This document shows positions 1 through 6,773 of a DNA stretch of 24,024 nt, in pieces. The stretch comes from a virus (Duplodnaviria; Caudoviricetes): positions 1 through 24,024 of the IMG/VR virus record IMGVR_UViG_3300045457_000120; one strand, 5' to 3'. The notes beneath the pieces were generated by a model. That model made no database searches. It was not told the DNA's origin and saw only the letters and a list, made by a program, of their open reading frames with translations. How positions within the stretch are numbered: position 1 is the stretch's first letter; the number at the start of each line of letters is the position of its first letter. The translations under genes and the position numbers were made by a program.

Positions 1-42
1 GTGGGCGAGTGGGCCAGCGTGGGCGAGGGGGCCAGCGTGGGC
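1..42 (+). repeat. 18-bp tandem coding repeat
   Basis: gtgggcgagtgggccagc / gtgggcgagggggccagc / gtgggc; encodes the hexapeptide units and is probably cut by the window edge. Confidence 0.8.
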
Positions 43-291
43 AACGGTAAGTTCATGCAGTTCACTTCGGTTGGAAAGAAAGGCCGCACCGTCGTGCTCT
101 ATTGGCACGAACAACAAGTGGTAGTGTCGGTTGGGTGTCAAACCGGGATCCCGTTTGCGGATTTCGTCGACCGAGTCACCCACGCTACGGGCACTACCGA
201 AGACAGCGCCCAGATGTACCGCGACATGATGCCGCTGTTCGAGATGGCGCGGGACTTCGTAGCCAATGCGAGCCGGGACGGTGCGGAATGA
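1..291 (+). CDS. 5'-truncated hexapeptide-repeat (left-handed beta-helix-like) phage protein
   Basis: Opens with VGEWAS-VGEGAS-VGNG repeats followed by a C-terminal 'VVVSVGCQTG..F' segment. The stop overlaps the next start (ATGA, 288-291). The true start probably lies upstream of the window. Confidence 0.6.
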   Translation: MGEWASVGEGASVGNGKFMQFTSVGKKGRTVVLYWHEQQVVVSVGCQTGIPFADFVDRVTHATGTTEDSAQMYRDMMPLFEMARDFVANASRDGAE

Positions 292-542
292 CAGAACTCG
301 AACAACTACGCAAGGTGGCCCGCGAGGCCGAACGATATCTGAACGGCGACGGGTCGCGCGCCGACCTAGCAAAGGCCCTTCGCCAACGGCCACAAGACCG
401 GTGGACGTACGCCAGCCTGAGCAGCGGCCGGTACGGGCGCCGTGTCGGTGAAGAGGGGCAAAACGTGCGCATCGTCGATGAGAACGGCAGCGAGCACTTG
501 GTGCCGAAAGCCAGCCTGCACCTCTCATGGGCGCCGGTATGA
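288..542 (+). CDS. hypothetical protein (84 aa, MTELEQLRK...)
   Basis: 3' part of ORF 102..542. ATG at 288 overlaps the upstream stop (ATGA), and its own stop overlaps the next ATG at 539. Confidence 0.7.
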   Translation: MTELEQLRKVAREAERYLNGDGSRADLAKALRQRPQDRWTYASLSSGRYGRRVGEEGQNVRIVDENGSEHLVPKASLHLSWAPV

Positions 543-879
543 ACCGGGAGGCTATGGTATTATCTGGCGCGGCACGATATGAGCAGGTTCTTGACGCGGC
601 TATCGCGCTGGGCGGCTGGCAGTTCATTAAGCCGAGGGACCGCTGGTCCATCTATCTAATGGCGTCCTACTGCTACTACGAGCTGGACCGTGGGTTGATG
701 CCCGACGCGTTGTTCGACGATCTATGCCGAACGCTACTCGCCGGGGGCCTGGGTGGCGATTGGTGGTTCACGGACCTATGGGACGCCTCGGCGCTCGCTG
801 CAGGAGTGGGTACCACACATTCAGGCGCATTGACCCGACGTTGCAAAGTATCGCGCTGGCTATCCGGCCGGCTGAATGA
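539..879 (+). pseudogene. small protein resembling domain Ia of NAD-dependent DNA ligase; apparent 1-nt frameshift near 803-805 (mutation or sequencing error)
   Basis: YLMASYCYYELDRGLMPDALFDDLCR resembles the LigA Ia motif YY..D...SD..YD.L. The listed frame runs through the terminator to 961. The -1 frame from 805 reads SGYHTFRRIDPTLQSIALAIRPAE and stops at 877-879, immediately before the terminator. Confidence 0.55.
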
Positions 880-906
880 GGGCACCAGTAGGTGCCCTTT
901 TTTTTT
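879..906 (+). terminator. rho-independent terminator
   Basis: AGGGCACC-agta-GGTGCCCT stem-loop with a T9 run at 898-906, between convergent genes. Confidence 0.85.
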
Positions 907-1115
907 CATTCCGCCTCTTCGAGCTTGCGCAGCAGGATGCGGACCTCGAGAACTACCTTGACCGCCGTCAGCACCGCGAGCACAAGACCCGCAACCGCCG
1001 ACAATGTGCCGATATTCTCTGGTAGCCACTTTGACAGGTTAGCGATCCCGATCCCGATTGCGCTGAAGGCGATCGCGAACGCGGTCTTTACCTCGGTTAT
1101 CAAGCTGGGCGTCAT
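906..1115 (-). CDS. small two-TM membrane protein, candidate holin/pinholin (69 aa)
   Basis: Two hydrophobic segments (AFAIAFSAIGIGIANL; IGTLSAVAGLVLAVLTAVKVVL) and a charged C-terminus (RILLRKLEEAE). ATGA overlap with the upstream gene at 1112-1115. Confidence 0.6.
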   Translation of the reverse strand: MTPSLITEVKTAFAIAFSAIGIGIANLSKWLPENIGTLSAVAGLVLAVLTAVKVVLEVRILLRKLEEAE

Positions 1116-1582
1116 GTTCTTGTACCTTCGTTTCCAAAACCCAATACACGGCGCGCAGCCCGATAGCTATCAGCACAAAAATAAATGTGGCCAGCTGTAT
1201 CCATTCGGTCGCGCTCACGCTCTGGATCTCTTGTCATTATGGAAAGGAGGAGTGCGGCATAGAGCCCCGTGCATACCCAATTGTAAACCGTAGGCGGGAA
1301 GTATTGCACCCAGATTATCAGACCTGCCACCTGAACCGGGATGAACCACAGGGCCACGAGTTGAACCAGTCGTACTCGGCGTGGCACCGGGCTAGACACC
1401 CTGGCTGCGTAAACCACGAGGGCGTCAGCGAGTACCGCACCCCCGTAATACCCGAACGCCGAAAGATACGGGTCCGCCACCCAGTGCGCCGCAAACACCA
1501 TGCAAGTAAACAGGGCAAAACGTGACCCTGTCAGCAATGCCGCCGCGCCTGCGGCCACTAGCATGATGTCGTTTATGCTCAT
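1112..1582 (-). CDS. multi-pass membrane protein of unknown function (156 aa, about 4-5 TM)
   Basis: Hydrophobic stretches across residues about 5-116, a GLIIWVQYFPPTVYN segment, and a charged tail. ATGA overlaps at both ends. Confidence 0.75.
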   Translation of the reverse strand: MSINDIMLVAAGAAALLTGSRFALFTCMVFAAHWVADPYLSAFGYYGGAVLADALVVYAARVSSPVPRRVRLVQLVALWFIPVQVAGLIIWVQYFPPTVYNWVCTGLYAALLLSIMTRDPERERDRMDTAGHIYFCADSYRAARRVLGFGNEGTRT

Positions 1583-1698
1583 TTCTTTTCGCGTTGCTTA
1601 CCGTTACCGCCCGCGCTACCCGGCTTTTTGGCCTGGTCGGGCTTGGGCTGAGGTTTGGGGGCCACTGCTTTACGTTGACGACCGTTACCGCCTGCCAT
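1579..1698 (-). CDS. 39-aa basic peptide MAGGNGRQRKAVAPKPQPKPDQAKKPGSAGGNGKQREKK (not in ORF track)
   Basis: Translated by hand. Strong RBS (TAAGGAG-ctcagt-ATG). TGA overlaps the ATG of the membrane-protein gene. Internal duplication of AGGNG[RK]QR. Confidence 0.75.
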   Translation of the reverse strand: MAGGNGRQRKAVAPKPQPKPDQAKKPGSAGGNGKQREKK

Positions 1699-1726
1699 AC
1701 TGAGCTCCTTAGTTGTGGTTATTTGG

Positions 1727-1735
1727 TGTTAAACT
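1727..1735 (+). promoter_or_regulatory. putative extended -10 promoter for the lysis cassette
   Basis: TGtTAAACT (TGn plus -10 hexamer) 33 nt upstream of the endolysin ATG; no clear -35. Confidence 0.35.
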
Positions 1736-1745
1736 GTGCAGGTCA

Positions 1746-1774
1746 ATAGTACAACTGGAGCAGGGCTTATGCAA
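1746..1774 (-). promoter_or_regulatory. putative sigma70 promoter for the peptide/membrane-protein cassette
   Basis: Minus strand TTGCAT-N17-TACTAT. The -35 coincides with the endolysin start codon and the spacer covers its RBS. Confidence 0.5.
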
Positions 1775-2317
1775 AAGAGAACAACTGCCGGAGCGGTGTG
1801 CTCCGTCGGGGCGATTATCGCGTTGGTACTGTCGATGGGCTTGGGCGTCCGCACCAATAAAGATGGACTCGAGCTGATCGGCAACGCCGAAGGGTGCTAC
1901 CGTGATCCGTACCGTTGCCCGGCTGACGTGTGGACAGACGGGCTCGGCAACACCCACGGCGTCAAGCCCGGCGTTCGCAAGACGGACGAGCAGATCGCCA
2001 AAGATTGGGCGGCCAATATCCGCGAGGCTGAACGCTGCATCAATGAAAACTTTCGCGGATCTGAAATGAACGACAACCAATTCAGCGCCATGACGTCGGC
2101 AGCGTTCAACCTGGGGTGCCGAGGGGTGATGACCTACGTCAACGGCCAGGGCAAACGGGTCCCGACCACTATCTGGCGGCACGCCGCTGCGGCACGCTGG
2201 CCGGAAATGTGTGATCGGTTAACCGACTTTACCCGCGCCGGCGGAAGGGTACTGCCAGGACTGGTGACTCGCGGCGTCAAGCAGCGGGCGCTGTGCTTCA
2301 AGCCGGTGGAGGGCTAA
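1769..2317 (+). CDS. SAR endolysin (GH24 lysozyme, phage P1 Lyz type), 182 aa
   Basis: GGAG RBS before ATG 1769. N-terminal Gly/Ala-rich SAR helix containing Cys11. GLELIGNAEGC..DPY.CPA.VWT.G.GNTHG gives the triad E41-x8-C50-x5-T56, as in P1 Lyz. Confidence 0.93.
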   Translation: MQKRTTAGAVCSVGAIIALVLSMGLGVRTNKDGLELIGNAEGCYRDPYRCPADVWTDGLGNTHGVKPGVRKTDEQIAKDWAANIREAERCINENFRGSEMNDNQFSAMTSAAFNLGCRGVMTYVNGQGKRVPTTIWRHAAAARWPEMCDRLTDFTRAGGRVLPGLVTRGVKQRALCFKPVEG

Positions 2318-2319
2318 CC

Positions 2320-2442
2320 ATGGAGGCCGTCTTGTACCTACTCGCCTGCATCGTTGCGGCGATAATTTTCATGGTGTTTATCTGCCTAGCGGGAGGCAGA
2401 CCACGCACTAAACCAACCGCACCACCGGAGCCAAAGCCATGA
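2320..2442 (+). CDS. 40-aa single-TM protein MEAVLYLLACIVAAIIFMVFICLAGGRPRTKPTAPPEPKP (not in ORF track)
   Basis: Translated by hand. GGAGG RBS at the end of the endolysin gene, exactly fills the gap, and the stop overlaps the next ATG (ATGA, 2439-2442). Confidence 0.75.
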   Translation: MEAVLYLLACIVAAIIFMVFICLAGGRPRTKPTAPPEPKP

Positions 2443-2651
2443 TCCGACTCATTGATAACTGGCGCGAGGCACACCGCTTTTCGTCCATGCGGTTGCATGC
2501 GTTCGCTGGGGCTTGCGACATAGTGCTCGCAGGCGTAGTCATAGTCGACCAACGGTTCCCATTCGACCCGCTGTGGTACGCGCTGGCACGCCTGGCGCTG
2601 ACCGCCGCAGGTATGGGCGCTCGTCTGATTGCCAAGCAGGTGAAGCCATGA
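2439..2651 (+). CDS. putative holin (70 aa)
   Basis: M.RLIDNWR.A.RFSSM N-terminus typical of small phage holin-like proteins, two hydrophobic segments, basic C-terminus. Lies between endolysin and spanins with ATGA overlaps. Confidence 0.65.
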   Translation: MIRLIDNWREAHRFSSMRLHAFAGACDIVLAGVVIVDQRFPFDPLWYALARLALTAAGMGARLIAKQVKP

Positions 2652-3040
2652 TCGCCTTGCCGTGGTGGGCCAAGACGGCCGTTCTGACGGCAGCCATGGC
2701 CGGGTCGTACTGGTGGGGCGCGTCGAACGCGGAAGCCGAGTACGCACTGGCGGCGGCTCAGCGCGACGTCGAGGCGTACGGCGCCCAAGTGTCTACGCAG
2801 GCCCGCATTGACGCAGTTGACGCCGCTCTGGCCGAAACACAGGCGGTCATCCTCCAGGGGGTGGCAGTTGAAACTATCAAATACAAGGTGGTGTATCGTG
2901 ACCGGATCCAGAACCCTGCTCTTGCTCGCTGTATTGCTGATAGCGGGCTGCTCGACCTCTACCGATCGGCCTACGGGTTTACCGTCAGTGGCGACGGAAC
3001 TGCTGACACCCAGGGGGGCGCTGCTCGACCCGGGCAGTGA
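2648..3040 (+). CDS. Rz: inner-membrane spanin (Rz-like), 130 aa
   Basis: ATG 2648 in an ATGA overlap. N-terminal TM (WWAKTAVLTAAMAGSYWWG), Ala/Gln-rich helical region and a C-terminal Cys; overlaps a lipoprotein gene. Confidence 0.8.
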   Translation: MIALPWWAKTAVLTAAMAGSYWWGASNAEAEYALAAAQRDVEAYGAQVSTQARIDAVDAALAETQAVILQGVAVETIKYKVVYRDRIQNPALARCIADSGLLDLYRSAYGFTVSGDGTADTQGGAARPGQ

Positions 3041-3149
3041 TCCAGTAATGCTCGGCGAGGCCGTAGAGTGGAACGCCGCCCAGTGTCTGTCTGACCGGGC
3101 GGCGCTGGAGAGGTGGCAAAAATGGTACAGAAAAGCAAAGGGCCCGTGA
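2898..3149 (+). CDS. Rz1: outer-membrane lipoprotein spanin (Rz1-like), overlapped architecture
   Basis: Signal peptide and lipobox (SRTLLLLAVLLIAG-C) in the +1 frame inside Rz, Pro-rich mature part, extends past the Rz stop. GTG 2898 preferred as start; TTG 2868 is possible. Confidence 0.8.
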   Translation: MTGSRTLLLLAVLLIAGCSTSTDRPTGLPSVATELLTPRGALLDPGSDPVMLGEAVEWNAAQCLSDRAALERWQKWYRKAKGP

Positions 3150-3162
3150 GGGCCCTTTTTTT
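3131..3162. terminator. bidirectional rho-independent terminator
   Basis: AAAAGC-AAAGGGCCC-gtga-GGGCCCTTT-TTTT between the convergent Rz1 and tailspike genes. Confidence 0.85.
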
Positions 3163-4768
3163 ATGCCAAAACCGTAACGATCCCGCTATTTACCCCAACC
3201 AAATCAAAACCTCCAGATCCTATTGATATCGCTTTCGCCCCAGCGCCTGACGCAGTACCTTGAGCTAAATTGGTTAATCCAACATCGCGCGTCAGATCCC
3301 CACCAATGAACGTTACGTTCAAGGTGCCGACGTCGCCGTTGTCTATCTCTATGAATTTTGTTCCTGCCGTTTTCGGGTTTATCTGCCCAATGGCAATATA
3401 ATTCTGCACAACTAACGAGGATTTATACGACACCGGGCTCCCGTTGGTAACGCTAATCTGCGTCCCCTTTACCAATTCCGTTGCACAAGCGTCCATCGTT
3501 ATTGAGTATGGATTGACGAATTTAAACGCAATTGCGTTTGCTTCCCCTGCCAGTGGCTCGCACTCTTCCACCGTGCAGCAGGTCATAGATGTGTACTGCT
3601 GGCCGATCATTTCAAAACCAATTTGATAACCACGCACCCCTGCCACGCGCATATCCAGCGACGTGCCAGATGTTTTGTAACCGACAGGTGCCGCTGTAAA
3701 CGCCTGTAGACTAAAGCCGGTGAAGCCCTTGCCGGGAAAGGTGTTGCCAAAAATGCGCTCAAGAGTGGTCAGGTAGCATGTCCATCCTTGGAAGGCGTTG
3801 TAGCCGCCCTCTACAACCACATCGCTAATCAGCCCACCAGCAAGGCTGCCAAGGAACATCCCGACATCTGGCCGAGTTGTTGCATAGTTCGCCTCGGTTA
3901 GCCCCTCGCGCCGGAACATGCATTTTGACAGGTGGGGGCGGACAGTGTGTGTTTCGCCATCCACCATACTCCCGCCCGCAATGGACTTCTTAGGCACAAA
4001 TCCTACAAGGGCATCCATGGTGAACGCGGTGACCCCGTTGGCTTTATAAGGGAAGGCGTTGTTAGTGGTCTTGTAGAAAACCGTTTGCTCGGCGGATCCG
4101 TGTCCAGTAATGCCCATGTTGTTGTACACAGGAACCATCTCTGACGTGTAGATGTTACCAACGGGTGCATGCAAAAGAACTTTTCGAGCCTTTGCAAAGT
4201 TAGTAGCTAAAGTGATCGCGGGTGCATTATCGAAAGAGGCTAAACCCTCGATCATCCCCCAGAACCGCATATCGTATTCAGTAAAATTGATGCGCTGCCA
4301 GTCCAAAGTCAGGTGTGGCGAATTGATAAACACGCCACCGTCATCGGTATTAGCCTGAGTATTGTCGTATGCGATGAAGGTCCCACCCCCAAAGTAACCT
4401 GACAACCCTACGGGAGTGGGGTACGCGGCGCGAACAAAGACGACCTCCCCCACGCCTTTCGGCATGCGGGTTCGCAAAGCCGCAATGTCGTCGACCACCT
4501 GCTCCCTCTCGGCGCGTCCGATGATGTACGTCTTCATCGCGTCCCAGACCTGGCAGGCCCCGACGGCGTCCGGCACTCCGGATGGGGTTACCGCCATCTC
4601 GGATAAGATGGATTGCTGCAGGCCGAACCAATCATTTACCCATGCCGCCCGCAACGGGGTGCCTGTTCCGTCGCCTGGCGCGGACACGTCGCGGGCCTTG
4701 CCGTACGGGTACTCAGGGCTCACCCCCGCAGTTTTACCGGGGAACGCCACGTCCGGATTAATAGCCAT
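3161..4768 (-). CDS. tail fibre/tailspike, probable beta-helical receptor-binding protein (535 aa)
   Basis: Last gene after the baseplate. N-terminal attachment region (YPYG.A.....GDGTGTP..A.WVND..G), then IAALR...GGGTF...DDGG...WQR and a pectate-lyase-3-like start (FWG...DNAPAI), followed by beta-rich sequence. GAGGA RBS. Confidence 0.8.
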   Translation of the reverse strand: MAINPDVAFPGKTAGVSPEYPYGKARDVSAPGDGTGTPLRAAWVNDWFGLQQSILSEMAVTPSGVPDAVGACQVWDAMKTYIIGRAEREQVVDDIAALRTRMPKGVGEVVFVRAAYPTPVGLSGYFGGGTFIAYDNTQANTDDGGVFINSPHLTLDWQRINFTEYDMRFWGMIEGLASFDNAPAITLATNFAKARKVLLHAPVGNIYTSEMVPVYNNMGITGHGSAEQTVFYKTTNNAFPYKANGVTAFTMDALVGFVPKKSIAGGSMVDGETHTVRPHLSKCMFRREGLTEANYATTRPDVGMFLGSLAGGLISDVVVEGGYNAFQGWTCYLTTLERIFGNTFPGKGFTGFSLQAFTAAPVGYKTSGTSLDMRVAGVRGYQIGFEMIGQQYTSMTCCTVEECEPLAGEANAIAFKFVNPYSITMDACATELVKGTQISVTNGSPVSYKSSLVVQNYIAIGQINPKTAGTKFIEIDNGDVGTLNVTFIGGDLTRDVGLTNLAQGTASGAGAKAISIGSGGFDLVGVNSGIVTVLA

Positions 4769-4777
4769 GTGAAATCC

Positions 4778-5590
4778 TCAACTGTAGTTTACCATTACGC
4801 CGATCCACTGGTGCAGCGGGCCTATCTTGAGGCACAGCGCCTCGAACTCATCTCTGCGGGGCGCAGGTACCGTGGCTTGCTGCCCAAATACCTGGCCGCC
4901 GACATACCAAAAAAACGGCCACTTAGCCGGGTCTGTTGGCACAGTATACCTCCGCAAAAGAATTTCGTATTCAAGGAAGTTGCCGCATTCCGCGTCAGCT
5001 TCGCCACATTCAGCGAACGGCTCCCCACAGCGCACAATAGGATCAGGAGATGAATACTCCACTTTATTAACCAGCGGATACCCTATGGGGACGATAGCGT
5101 TACCGCACTCCGCAAATGGTTCTCCGCACTCCGCAAATGGTTCTCCACAGTCGACCACTGGGTAGCTCGGCAGGTTGTCACGGCGTAGATATAGAAGCGG
5201 GTTGCGTGGCACCGCGCATGCGTGCGATCCGATAGCGGGTTCGGTGCCAGGCGCCCACCACTCGTGAACGTATACGTCGAACCCCGCCCCGCGCAAGGTG
5301 TCTTGCAGGTACCGAGGCGACTGGCCGCCGACGGCTCTCCATGCCGCATCAAGGCGAGACCGGCGGCCGGCATCAGCGGTCAGTGACGGCGGCAGCCCAA
5401 ACTGATCCTCCCACTTGTCCAGCGCCCCCGTCGTAGCGGGCATCAGGTCTTCATAGTCAGTGTCGAGCGCCCCCTTTACATCACCGCCCCATGCCGACAC
5501 GCCTTTCAGTAACTTTGTCAGCTGCTTATTGACGGCTGTCGTGCGCCATGCCCTGCCATTCGGGAGAAGGTGCTGCAGAGTCTTAAACAT
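4778..5590 (-). CDS. baseplate wedge protein (Mu gp48/YmfQ-like) with Cys heptad repeats
   Basis: LQHLLPNGRAW, LDKWEDQFGLP and GGQSPRYLQ motifs; located between baseplate J and the fibre. Confidence 0.7.
   Translation of the reverse strand: MFKTLQHLLPNGRAWRTTAVNKQLTKLLKGVSAWGGDVKGALDTDYEDLMPATTGALDKWEDQFGLPPSLTADAGRRSRLDAAWRAVGGQSPRYLQDTLRGAGFDVYVHEWWAPGTEPAIGSHACAVPRNPLLYLRRDNLPSYPVVDCGEPFAECGEPFAECGNAIVPIGYPLVNKVEYSSPDPIVRCGEPFAECGEADAECGNFLEYEILLRRYTVPTDPAKWPFFWYVGGQVFGQQATVPAPRRDEFEALCLKIGPLHQWIGVMVNYS
5103..5146. repeat. perfect 21-bp tandem repeat
   Basis: ccgcactccgcaaatggttct x2 (5103-5123, 5124-5144), encoding CGEPFAE units. A degenerate second cluster lies at about 4981-5030. Confidence 0.9.
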
Positions 5591-6773
5591 AGGTCAGTGC
5601 CCCAAGCTTGGCTTTTTCCCCGACGCCCAGGATATAGACCGATGCGTCCACACCGTTCCGTTTTACCTGCAGCGTAGTGAACACCCCCCCGGCCGCCCCG
5701 ACCACCTGATCGACTACCCCGCCAACGCCGGTGGCGGTTATGCGGTCAGACCTGGCCCCCACCGACAGGCCGACGATGTACGGCTCGCGAGAAAGGAAGT
5801 AGTCGATAAGCGCTGCCTCGATCTGGTCCCGAACCGTTGCCAAATCGCCCGGCACCGACAAGCCGAGCACCCGAACATCGAACGCCAAACGGGTGATCGG
5901 GAACCCATTCACAAGCGCCCCAATGGGCCTGCGTGAGGCAAGACCGTTCTGGTCCAGCTCAATTAGGTCAAGCGCGGCCTGGATCTGCGCGTTGGTTGGT
6001 ATGCCATCCTGTTCTGTCGCTGACTCGACATAAATGTCCACTTGGCCGGGGCACTCGCTGGTGTAGGGGTAGACAGTGAGCACCCCGGCGGCCTCTTCGC
6101 CCCACTGTTCATAGTCCGCGTATGCTCCGCCCTGTGGCCGCTTCTGAAAGCGGTCGAGGATCCGCTGACGGTACACCTCAACGTCCTCAGCGTCGGCCCC
6201 TGTGACAACTTGGCCTGTTACCGTCGCCACACGGCCTATGTTCGGTAGGGGGTTGACAAATTGCAGCTGCGCCCCGTTCGGGAGGTTGCCGATCGTCCCC
6301 GCCCCGTCTCCGCCTTGCTGATCGCCTGACGCCCGCACTACCGCCGACACCGTTGGCGCGTTCAGCGCGATGTCACCTGTCACCAGATACGTCACGCCGG
6401 TCGATGGGTAGATCAGCTGTGACCCGGTTCGCAGGAAACCGGTTTGGTTCGTCACGGACACGTTGATGGTCAGCTCCGCCTGACTGGCGGGCTTCGGCTC
6501 GTCTATCCCGACCAGGGCGCCCCATTCGCGCAGCGGGCGGACGATGCGTCCGTTGATCGTCGTCTCCGCGTCACTGGCGGTGCGCACGAACAGTTGCAAC
6601 CAGATGAACCCCGCGTACTTGTAGAGCACGACGATAAGCCCCGCCAGCGCTTGCGCCATGACGCGGATAAACGACTTGGGGAAAAACGGGACGGTCTGGG
6701 CCAGCTGAGCGCTGACCTGGGCGATGATGTTATCGCTAACCTGTTTGGTGGTGGGGGTCTGCGGGGCGCTCAT
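5583..6773 (-). CDS. baseplate J / Mu gp47-like wedge protein (396 aa)
   Basis: GADAEDVEVYRQRILDRFQKRPQGGAYADYEQW and G.IGNL motifs. Start moved to ATG 6773 (ATGA overlap, AGGAG RBS). Confidence 0.9.
   Translation of the reverse strand: MSAPQTPTTKQVSDNIIAQVSAQLAQTVPFFPKSFIRVMAQALAGLIVVLYKYAGFIWLQLFVRTASDAETTINGRIVRPLREWGALVGIDEPKPASQAELTINVSVTNQTGFLRTGSQLIYPSTGVTYLVTGDIALNAPTVSAVVRASGDQQGGDGAGTIGNLPNGAQLQFVNPLPNIGRVATVTGQVVTGADAEDVEVYRQRILDRFQKRPQGGAYADYEQWGEEAAGVLTVYPYTSECPGQVDIYVESATEQDGIPTNAQIQAALDLIELDQNGLASRRPIGALVNGFPITRLAFDVRVLGLSVPGDLATVRDQIEAALIDYFLSREPYIVGLSVGARSDRITATGVGGVVDQVVGAAGGVFTTLQVKRNGVDASVYILGVGEKAKLGALTYV

Noticed and set aside
892-1703. Plus-strand ORFs 892..1293, 1187..1525 and 1500..1703
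   Set aside because: They start in or after a plus-strand terminator and are antisense to a coupled, RBS-supported minus-strand cassette.
3161-4768. Mu/P1-style invertible tail-fibre segment
   Set aside because: No second fibre end in opposite orientation, no flanking inverted repeats and no invertase seen.
4981-5146. Repeats as a CRISPR array or DGR template/variable pair
   Set aside because: They are short in-frame tandem coding repeats with no spacers and no adenine-specific mismatch pattern, and there is no cas or reverse transcriptase gene in the window.
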